A stretch of DNA of 64,000 nt from assembly GCF_006345805.1 (NCBI RefSeq), contig NC_042998.1:5270001-5334000 (forward strand), in the 5' to 3' direction. The notes below the pieces were generated by a model. It was given only the letters and a program-made list of their open reading frames with translations. It did not search any database and was not told the DNA's origin. Below, piece after piece: positions 53,431 through 64,000 of this stretch. Every line of letters starts with the position of its first letter. The first letter of the stretch is position 1. The DNA is from Octopus sinensis. Lineage: Eukaryota. The position numbers and the translations under genes are program-made.

Positions 53431-54579
53431 GTTCTCGTTGACACCTACAACGAACTGGCAAGTGAAGAGAAGTGTTGAGCTCTCAGTAGCTTAAACATCG
53501 AAGAAACAAGGATAAGCTCTGGCCTAGTATGATTGTAGGTTCGAGACAAGATTTTAAATTTTAACATAACTGTAATGTACTGGGGTTGATCAAACTGGTG
53601 TTTTTAACTTCCTCCACACACAAATAGGTCTGATTCCTGGTTAGAGTACTTCGGTTAGTTTTCAGTATTATTTCATTCTTTCCATGAGGTGCTGAAACGG
53701 ACAAAAGTCTTTAGACTATGTTCGGATTTTTTGTAAGCTGAGTGTTTCTACAGAATTATATTACATTTCCAGTCTGCGACCATTTCAGTTTATTTACGTC
53801 ACTAACAAATTTGAAAAGGCATGAATAGCACGCATTCTCATTCCACTTATTTCCATTATAAGTAAATAAACGTAAGGAATCGTTAATATTCAGAGTCGAT
53901 AATGATTCCTTACTTTCACGGGTGAAAAATACGTTTAAAAGAATAAAACTAGTAAATATGTAACAAAACATTCTCTTCTTTTTCGTCTCTTTCTTATTTT
54001 TCTCTATCGATTTTTTCCTTTGTATTTATTTTTTACTTTATTATTTCGTTTTCTATATTCTTTTTAATTTTCTCTTCTGATTTTCCTCTCTCTTTTTCCC
54101 CTGTTCTCTTTCTTTCCTTTGCTTTCACTCCCACTCCATTCTACCACTACTGTCACCTAACACCAGTACCCACATTCTGCTCACTTACGTCAGACCAGCA
54201 CCGTAACCAATATTCTCTCAGACTATTCTCCACCACTTACGACTCTAACACCACAGATATCAAATATATCAGCCGACAAATATATAAAAAAAAAGAGTTA
54301 CTTCCCTTTGGCTAGTCAAGTACGACTATATAACATTTAGACCAACATCAACCACACAAACAGAAGAAAATTGATACCAAAAAAAAAAACATTATAAAAA
54401 ATAAATAAATAGATTAAAGAAAATGATGAAAGAAGAATGTTGCTGAATCACAATCAGATATTTCTACCCCAAGCGGAATTCAAACAAACTTCATAAATTC
54501 ACTAGCGTTCTATTTTTAACTTCATTATTTTTATCTTTTTTTTCTTTAACTCTCTGCCGTCTCTCTACCTTCGTCGTTT

Positions 54580-54587
54580 CATACATA

Positions 54588-54658
<71 letters not shown>

Positions 54659-55162
54659 GTATATATATATGTATGTATGTATATATATATATGTATGTAT
54701 GTATATATGTATGTATATATATGTGTATGTATGTATGTCTATATGTATGCATATATATATATATGTATGTATGCATGTATATATATATGTATGTATGTCT
54801 ATATGTATGTATGTATGTATGAATGTATGAATGTATGTACGTATGTATGTATATATGTATGTATGCATGTATGTGAGTGTGTATGTATGTGTGTGTGTAT
54901 GTATATGTATGTATGTATATATATGCATGTATGTATGTCTATATGCATGTATATATATATGTATGTCTATATGTATATATATATATATATGTATGTCTAT
55001 GTGTATGTATGTATATATATATATATGTATGTATGTCTATGTGTATGTATGTATATGTATATATATATGTATGTCTATGTGTATGTATGTATATATATAT
55101 ATATATGTATGTCTATATGTATGTATATATATATATGTATGTGTGTATATATGTATGTATGC
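54580..55162. repeat. Long compound (CA)n/(TATG)n/(TA)n microsatellite
   Basis: Direct reading. Confidence 0.95.
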
Positions 55163-55770
55163 ATAAATATTTTACCATTGTTTTTCTTAAACATTTTTCT
55201 CATGTATTTGAGTGTTTGAATATATTGTTGTTTGTGTGTGTGTGTGTGTGTTTGTGTGTACGTGTGTGTGTGTGTGTACGTGTTTTCCTCTGTGTGTGTG
55301 TAATGCTTAATTCATCAGCAAATATTTATCCTCACAGTTCTATTTATTCTGTGATTTTTTTCTTTTTTTTTTTTTGCTGACTAAATCAACAACAGAAATT
55401 AAAAGAATGAAGCGATATTGGCGGAAGAGGTGAAGAAAAAGAAGACGAAAAAGCAGAAGGAATAAACTAAAATAGAGAAGAAAGAGTCGTCGGAGGACGA
55501 GATGGAGAACGAATGGATGATAACGAATGAGAGGAAAATGATGATATCATAAAAAAATAGCAACAACACCAATAGCAACAACAACGAAAGAATTGAGAAT
55601 TCACAATGAAAGCTATGACAAGACGTTAGATATGAATTTTGTACAGGATCACTTATTACTGATATGTATAACGCACACTCCCCAATACATACACGTACAT
55701 GCAGACAAACCTGAGGACATAAACACACATACACACACACACAGACACACATATACATATATACACACAT

Positions 55771-56078
55771 CACCGTGATAACCGTGACCGACCAGGCTAT
55801 TAGACGTTGCTACATATCGCTGGTCACAATGCGCTTCGCACTGTTTTAGCCTTCAAATGACGCCACCCCGCTGGCTAAGCGAGTAGGCCAACAGAAAAAA
55901 GAGTGAGAGAAAGTTGTGGCGAAAGAGTACAGCAGGTTTCGCCACCATTCCCTGCCGGCGCCTCGTGGAGCTTTTAGGTGTTTTTGCTCAATAAACACAC
56001 ACCACGCCCGGTCTGGGAATCGAAACCGCGATCCTCCGACCGCGAGTCCGCTGCCCTAACCACTGGGCCATTGCGCCT
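55771..56078 (-). mobile_element. tRNA-derived SINE family B with a third 3' module
   Basis: Head aggcgcaatggcccagtggttagggcagcggactcgcgg; tail ..gcgcattgtgaccagcgat..ggtcacggttatcacggtg. Confidence 0.85.
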
Positions 56079-56104
56079 ACACATATACACACATACATAT
56101 GTAA

Positions 56105-56310
56105 TGTGACCTCGTGTGTACCGTTGGCGATTTTTTTCCTCTGTCTTCACTTCTCTGGATCTTTCCTTCTCCTGTGTTTCCGACGAAGAGCTCCGCTCAA
56201 AAGATTAAACCCTCCTTCTTTCCTTCTTTCCTGAGCGTCCAATAATACTATCTTTGTTCCACGTCCTCGCGTTGTTGTGTTTTTTTGTGCTTTCTTGTTT
56301 CGATTAACTT
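56105..56310 (+). mobile_element. Short PLE-terminus-like repeat with degenerate minimal hammerhead
   Basis: TTT-CCGACGA-A-GAGC-tcc-GCTC-AAAA-GA-TT-AAA at ~56177-56208, then ttcctgagcg; relative of 12123-12325. Confidence 0.5.
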
Positions 56311-56690
56311 TATATCTACATATACATAGATACGTACATGCATACATATTTATATACATATATACATACATATGAATATATATGAATATAGATATATATG
56401 TATAAACATATTCATATATATGTATGTGTATATATGCGTATGTACATGCATATAATATGTATATATACGTATGTAAATATATATGCACACACACATAGAG
56501 AGAGTTAGATAGATAGATAGATAAATACATACATATATACACACATACATAGGAAAATGAGATAACAAGGAAAACAAACGATTGTCTTATGAATTCCGGT
56601 AGCTTACCGTTGTTTCTGATATAAGATGCAGTCGACTCATAGTCGAGTAACTTGTGGCTTCATCAGAGTCTCGAATATGACGGAAGTACA

Positions 56691-56894
56691 AAGCGGCGAG
56701 CTGGTAGAAGCGTTAGCACGCCGGGCGGAATGCTTAGCGGTATTTCGTCTATCATTACGTTCCGAGTTGAAATTGCGCCGAGGTCTACTTTGCCTTTCGG
56801 GGTCGATACATTAAGTACCAGTTGCGTACTGGGGTCGATGTAATCGACTGGCCTTCTCCCAAAAAATTTCGGGCCTTGTGCCTAGAGTAGAAAA
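56691..56894 (+). mobile_element. SINE family A with perfect 18-bp TSD
   Basis: gaatatgacggaagtaca at 56673-56690 and 56895-56912. Confidence 0.9.
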
Positions 56895-56955
56895 GAATAT
56901 GACGGAAGTACATAAAATTATATTCTTTTGTCATCCCATTTTCTTATTACCGCGT

Positions 56956-57005
<50 letters not shown>

Positions 57006-57049
57006 AATATATATACATACATACACACACAAATATATATATATATTTA

Positions 57050-57700
57050 TTTGGTGCCAGCGACAGAAGAATACAAAGCTGGTTCTTTACAAACCATTTG
57101 TTTTACCATCCTTGTATTCCTGTGAAACTTGGACTTGTTATGAAAGGCATTTTAAACTCTTAGAATAATTCCACCAAAAATATCTTCAACGCATGTAAAA
57201 ATTGAATGGATACCTTTTAGTCAAAACACAGATGTCTTTGCACCTGCAGGCATCATCTCAATTAAAGCTATGATTTTAGGGAACCAATTGAGATGGTGTG
57301 GCCATATTGTTCAAATGGCAGATGAACGCATGCTGAAACTGTTGTTTTATGGTAGCCTTGCAGAGGGGAAACGCTATCGGCGTAAACATGAAAAAAAGGT
57401 TTAAGGACGGCATAAGGAGTATTATGAATGCACTGGGAATGGTTCCCTAAGACAAAGAAATCTTTGCTTCAGATCGAGTTGCATGGAAAACAAAGGTGTG
57501 AGTGGAGTGAAAGCATTTGAAAAGGAAGGCCAGGATAGCACAAGTAAGACTCAAAAGAGATCTAAGGAAGATTGTAACGATCGAGAAAGTGAATGACAAT
57601 GGCCTTTTTGCGTGCACAGTCTGTGATAGACCATGCTTGTCATTTGCTGGCTTCAAATCCCATCTGCGAACGCATGGAAAACAAACCTCCACCAACTATT
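57050..57700 (+). mobile_element. RTE-clade LINE 3' fragment
   Basis: TKLVLYKPFVLPSLYSCETWTCYERHFKLLE*FHQ; QLRWCGHIVQMADERMLKLLFYGSL; C-terminal C2H2 FACTVCDRPCLSFAGFKSHLRTH. Confidence 0.9.
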
Positions 57701-57719
57701 CTGTGTCAGTGCACACTTT

Positions 57720-58324
57720 TGCGATGAAAAGTGCATTCTGTACAATAATGAAAATGGTTTCTTCGCGGTGGTTGGATCAGAATGAAGCGCCGAAAATCTT
57801 CCCTAAACCTGAGCTCTTCAAAAAGAAGGTTATGGCGACTGTTTGATGGTGTACTGCTGGACTCATCCACTATAACTTCTTAAAACCCGGAAAAAACAGC
57901 CATTCCTGTAGAAACATATTGCCATGAAATTGCCAAAATGAACGAAAAACTGCAACTCCTCTGTCCCAAACTGGTCAACAGAAGAGGGCCAATCATACTT
58001 CAGGAAAATTTTCGACCACGCGTTTCACTAATGACGCTCCAGACGTTGAGGAATTCTTCCATACAGCTTATTCCCCAAACCTTTCTCCTACCGACTAACT
58101 CCTTTTCAAGCACCTTGATGGTTTCCTGCGAGAGAAGTTAAAAAAATCAAACCGATGCTGATCAGCTCCAAAACTCCAGATTTTTGTATTACCGGAATAA
58201 ACGAACTCGTTGGCAAAAATGTGTTGATGGTAATAGTACCTACTTTGATGAATACAATTTCCGCATTACTGAAATATATGGTGATGAATTTCATGTTTTA
58301 AAACGTTGCTTACTTTTTACTCAG

Positions 58325-58331
<7 letters not shown>
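57720..58331 (+). mobile_element. Mariner transposase 3' half with TIR, degenerate
   Basis: WLDQNEAPKIFPKPELFKKKVMATV*W..GLIHYNFLKPG; LVNRRGPIILQENFRP; AYSPNLSPTD; RWQKCVDGNSTYFD; end cgttgcttactttttactcagcgtgata then TA tract. Confidence 0.88.
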
Positions 58332-58370
<39 letters not shown>

Positions 58371-58542
58371 TATATATATCAGAAATAGATAGATAGATAG
58401 ACTTACACATACATGCATATACATATACGTCCTTACATATTTACATACGTTCACATACACATTCTTCTCACCTGTATGCTCATTTGAATATGCATGTTTG
58501 TGTACCTGTGTGTGTGTGTATGTGTGTGCGAGCGTGCATTTG

Positions 58543-58579
<37 letters not shown>

Positions 58580-60087
58580 ACCTTATATCTCGAAACGTAG
58601 TATTTTATGAAAGCGAATTCTATATTCCTGTAATAAACTGAAATGCTTTCTGGTGAAATTTTCTCTAAAAATTAAGCAATGCAATCAGGTTTTTGCATGA
58701 AATTAAATTTTAACCACACAATGCTCTTTGTATGCATCTCAACATTTTAACAGAAAATCGTTAGCGATTATAAATGAATGTAATAAAACGGAGTATGTCT
58801 TTAACTAACAGCAACCAATGTTGACTGCTGTTTGATAGAGTGGTCTTGTGTAAAATTCTATGAAGACATAAAGTACAGACATACATCAGTTTATGTCGCC
58901 TCTAGTAACATCTTTTTCAACTTTATGTCGATTTTTAAAGAAATTATTGAACAAAACAAATCGCAACTGTTGTCGATTTATCAGACTTTACATTGGTCTC
59001 AGGGAATTTATTTAAAAGCATTTGTTTTGGGGTTTTTTAAGAGTACCTAAACACCAAAACTGATGTAGTAATTAAAATACGAGTGAAAATATTTACAAAA
59101 TATTAAGACAGATATGTGCTAATCAATTCTTAATGTTTTTTTCTTTTTACGTGTTACGTGCTATTTCCAGTTGGAACAAATTACCTACGTAAGTTGAGGT
59201 ATGCTTGAATTGTCACCTGTTCTGCAGATCAATAGCTGCAACAAACGTCTACTTCAGAGTTGAAGAAGATTCTGATAAAGAGGGTTCCAAACGCTGACAA
59301 AAGCTGTTCGTCACATATGGCACATTATGTCTTTGAACAGTGCAGAAACTGAGCTTGCTATGAATTTCTCTTCTGATTTGTATTACGTTTACAATTAGGT
59401 CTACTATCAGCAAAGGCTGCAGAATTTTGGCCATAGGTACCAACGTTCTATGTATATTATATGTGGTCAAGTGAACTGGTCCGATTAATCGCTAAAGTGT
59501 TTTTCTGTGAATTCTCAAGACTTTCCAAGTTTAATTGAAGCAATTAATTTTCATTTCATTGCAATTTTCGATCAATTAGGTACAATTATTAAACATTTCG
59601 GAGTAAAGATTCCTTAACTTGGTTAGACATAAGGTCTGTGGCTGGTTTCAAATATTTCCACTTTATGTTAGTGTTCATTTCTAATTCTTTCTTTATCCGA
59701 ATTCAGAACCCAAAAAAGAAAAGCAGAACTTAAAATATAAGAATAAATATGTTAGCGAGAATGAATATGCTTCTCTCACGAATTGAGGAAAATCCTCAAA
59801 CCCCTTACTACATATCTAATTAGACATATGATATGCACATGCAAATACCAAATTACGAAATGCGAACAACATAGAAATGATGGAATATTAGTACAAACTC
59901 CAGAAAGACATAACAGACAGTTATACATCAATGAACTACACACACACGTACATATATATATAATATATATATATATATTAATGTGCATGGGTACACACTA
60001 TTAGGTGTGTGTTATAGATAGTTACATACATATATGAATATATATATATAGGAGAGTATTATAGTTCGCTTGAAGCATTGTGTATCG

Positions 60088-60247
60088 TTTGTAAAGAATA
60101 AAAAGTTTTGAATGGTACTACAATGCACTATAATACAAACAATGGGCTATATACCTGTTGTATCACTAAATTACAACAGGTATATAGCCCATTGATTGTA
60201 TTATAGTGCATTGTTGTACCATTCAAGACTTTTTTATTCTTTACAAA
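60088..60247. repeat. Fold-back inverted repeat (~75-bp arms, 9-nt loop) between TA tracts
   Basis: 60088-60162 is the reverse complement of 60172-60247 with ~3 mismatches. Confidence 0.95.
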
Positions 60248-60260
60248 TATATACATATAA

Positions 60261-60311
<51 letters not shown>

Positions 60312-60357
60312 ATATATATATATTATAAATATATATAAATAAATAATAAATAAATAA

Positions 60358-60428
<71 letters not shown>

Positions 60429-60989
60429 TGGATTAAAGGTGCCAAACGTGTAAACTGTACGAAGATGCACCACTGGGGTATGGAGGGGTTATGTATAATT
60501 TCATTTTGACTTTACTACACTTATTTTCTTTTTTGTTTTCTTTTTTCATGGAGGAGGAGATAAGTTTTTTCCCCTTTCTTTCATAATAAAACACAGTCAC
60601 CACATAGTGACAAACCAACAAAATTTTTCGTGTTTTAGTCTTTTGTTTTCATGGTGTTTTGTTCCTCTTCTTTACACATTATGTAAACCTCCTCAACAAA
60701 TTACAGCCTCTTTCAGCCTTACATAATAACCAATGCTGTCTCAGAATCTATTTCATTTCATACCAGACCAAAGCTCAATTGCTATTGCTTCTTTCTTTGT
60801 TATAAAGGAGAGTTTATGGCAATGACTGTTAGAATATGTACATGGCATATAGTAACATGCTTTTGGTAAAAAAGTGTTTATATATATATATATATATATA
60901 TATATCATTATATATATATATATATAATATATATATATATATATCATTATATATATATATATATCATTATATATATATATATATATACA

Positions 60990-61285
60990 TCGTTATATCG
61001 ACTAGACTGCCAGATGTTGTTATACACTGCTGTTCACAATGTGCTTTCCTGCATTATTGTAGCTTTCAAAGGATGCAAGTGATGCCACTGGCTATGCACG
61101 TTGACTAAAATTTGTCCCTGAACGACACACCCGTCCGTTGTAGGGTTATCTACTCACAGCAGAGTCGCTTGGAACAACGTGGAATATCGTTTAGTTCAAA
61201 ACCACAACGCACCGCCGGTCTGAGAATCGAACCCACAATCTCGCGATGACGAGTACAACCTCCTTAATCTATAGGCCAAACTGTT
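60990..61285 (-). mobile_element. Old SINE related to family B (55771-type tail)
   Basis: cagatgttg..cactgctgttcacaatgtgc tail; head accacaacgc..ccggtctgagaatcgaacccacaatc on the plus strand. Confidence 0.6.
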
Positions 61286-62979
61286 TCACACATATGCACA
61301 TATATGGATGCATGTGTGTGTGTGTGTGTGTGTTATTTTTAGCGTTTAGTCTTTCAGTAGTTTCAGCCAGTATACTGTAGTTATACTGAGGCACTAATAT
61401 CAGGTGCTTTCATAAAAATATTTCATTCTTGTTAGCGTCTACTCATTTATTTTATGTAAGAGTCTTTGTGTTGCAAAATACGCATGTGCGTAAATGGATT
61501 TAACTGTGTATTGGTTATGTTTGTGTGTGTACGTTTCTTTGCGCGTGCATGAGCGTGGCTGCCTAATGGACAAGAGAATATACAGAAAATTAAGGCGAAG
61601 TCGTAGTGAGAGAGAAGCACTGTTTCGAATAATGAAAGAAGCAAGGAGGAAAAGCTTCATTAACTGTTCTTATTGTTCTGGAGTCAGATCATAATTGATC
61701 AGAAATAACATATGATCAAACAAATGTAATTCTGACGCAACGACTCATACATTTTGCAAAAGATTTCTTCCCCTCATTTTTCAGGCTATTAAATGACTTC
61801 GATTTTTTTTCATTTTTATTTTCTTTTTTTCCTTTTCATTTTTCTTTTTAATGTTTAATGATTAGTTTAACAATTATTGCGAGAATCAAATGATTAATGT
61901 AACAATTACTAGGTGAATTAACGTAAACCAAATTTTCTGTTTAATAATTTCAGATGTTCTCAACTGTGATGAAAACTTAAATGCATCGTAAATTCATAAC
62001 GTGCTCAGGTAAAGGGAAATGTAATGGCTGTTGTTTGTTTATTGCGTCAAATGTTTTATTAACCATATTGAAATTTTCTGTTCCTCTGAAATTGTTCACT
62101 TGCGTACCGCTGATGCGCGGATACAAGTAACTATAATATGAATGTTTTATACACTTATGTTTATGAGAATTTTGTACCCGGGTAGTTTTTAAACTAATCA
62201 CTTGACAAAAATCAAAGGTATTTAAAGATCTGAAAATAAGAAAAGAATACCTCCAGAAAAATATAGTAGCTGAATGAGAAATAAGCATTCTACTAATACA
62301 TACATCAGTCATGAGCAAACCCGGTCCGCGGAGCAATTCTCAATGGCATACCTATCGAAAAATTACCTAGAATTTATTTAGTAGAACAGCCCGCCTGGTG
62401 AGAAACCGTGTCTCATTCGATCTGTTTCTCAAAAAAGGTTCCTAATAACCGTACGTTTTATATCACCATCCACTGGAATGTGTAAGTCTCCGAAATATAA
62501 AATATGGTAATACAGCTTGCAGTTCATCGTAATAGTATTGAGCAGCAAAGCCTAAGTTGAGTTAAACAATAACAGTAGTGATGGGCTGATCGGGCCCATA
62601 TAAGCCCTCTTTGAATTTGTTCCCACGCCAGATACCCAGAGCCCTCATGAGAAGCCAAGTGTTTGCAACACCTACCTACTTGTATTCGGTTGGGTCACTC
62701 AAGATGAAACTGAGGTCTCACCAGCTAATGGGAAAGAGGAATTCCTGGTGCAGTGTCTTAAGAATACATATCTGTTACTCTCGACTGGGAAATTATCTAC
62801 TCAACTTACATACACCCTACTAGTATATACGCAACTGACAGCGACGTTAATATATTCACGTCTTCTATCTACATATGGATTCATGTGTTTACACACGCAC
62901 ACATAATACATATAAAAGTGTTTGTATGTGTGTACATATTGATATATATGCCTTGGTCGTCGACATCTAGAATCAATAT

Positions 62980-63900
62980 TGTTCCTGAAGATAGTATTAA
63001 TATCTGGGACCGTTGGCTGCCGCTTCAACTCAAGATCACTTGAATCAGTTTAAACACTCTCTGTTTTCGAACTTCACTATGTTGATGATCTAACTGCTTC
63101 ACCTCATGACCCGTCTCACTTCCAGTACATCGTGTCGTCTGTGCTCAATGCTTTTATTTACTGGAACTTAACATCAACCCCCAAAAGACTGGGATCAGGC
63201 AAATATCACTCACGGACAATAACCTTACTCAACAACTGCATTTAAACAATATACCTTAGAAAAATGTATCATCATTTTTGGAAGAAGGATTTCGGATTCA
63301 ACACTTATTGATGAAACCAGCCGCATCAATCTGGCTGCTAATTAGCTTCGAAAATTCAGATCCAGGGTATTCGCCTACTCAAATCTTCGTCTTCATACAA
63401 AAATTTTAGTGTATCGAACTGCTGTCATCTCCCCACTGTTGCGATCAATGCTGTTGTATGGCAGCGAATATTAAACAACTTGAAGCTTTCTATGTTCGGT
63501 ACATTCAACAAAATCTTGGTATCACTTGGGATCAAAAGATTCCCCAATATAACATCCTTCAACGTACAGGAATCTCAATTATTAAATGCATCTTCAACCA
63601 TCGTCTTCTACGCTGGGTAGGACATATAATCCAGTTGCCTGAAATTCGCCTTCCGAAAATCATCTTTGGATATATCGAAGCTGTAGATCGCCCTCAAAAA
63701 AGAGAAGTGGACATCAATTGAAAAAGATTCTTCAGGTTTGGAACATTCTTTCCTTCCAGCTTTAAAATTTCTCATAAGATAGGAGTCAAAGTCTTCGACC
63801 AGCGTCAACACCACCAAATCGAGGGAAAGCAATAAGGTCGCCATGAATCCCGATACTAACCAACACAACCTAAACATCTCCCTACAAGCATTTTTCCCTC
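62980..63900 (+). mobile_element. RTE-clade LINE RT/C-terminal fragment, degenerate
   Basis: ELHYVDDL (YADD-like, ~63068), LNINPQKT, RVFAYSNLRLHTKILVYRTAVISPLL, IKQLEAFYVRYIQQNLGITWDQKI..LLRWVGHIIQLPEIRLPKIIFG. Confidence 0.85.
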
Positions 63901-64000
63901 TGTACCTGTTTATCGATAGTTTAGTGGTCTTTAACTCGGTGAAGGTATATGTCGTGCCAGCTTTAATCACGCGCTACCGTCTCTGTTCATTTTGTTGACT

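Noticed and set aside
57590-57680. C2H2 zinc finger as a possible host ZNF gene
   Set aside because: It is the C-terminal finger of the RTE LINE ORF2 fragment directly upstream.

Overview
AT-rich, microsatellite-dense eukaryotic non-coding DNA (intergenic or intronic). The SINE/LINE repertoire suggests a cephalopod, probably Octopus; this is an inference. No intact host protein-coding gene can be supported, and almost all ORFs in the track are translations of (TA)n/(CA)n repeats. Real coding remnants are all transposon-derived: a Chapaev3-like transposase N-terminus, four mariner fragments, a Penelope-like RT, two RTE LINE fragments, and CR1-like and R4/Dong-like 3' ends. At least four tRNA-derived SINE families are present. 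The most striking signal is a non-coding element at 24.3-25.2 kb carrying two tandem type I hammerhead ribozymes 479 nt apart plus an inverted partial copy (retrozyme/Penelope-like architecture). A second element of the same architecture at 20.4-20.9 kb contains a tRNA-like cloverleaf. Several long fold-back hairpins next to TA microsatellites, some with degenerate hammerhead cores, also occur.
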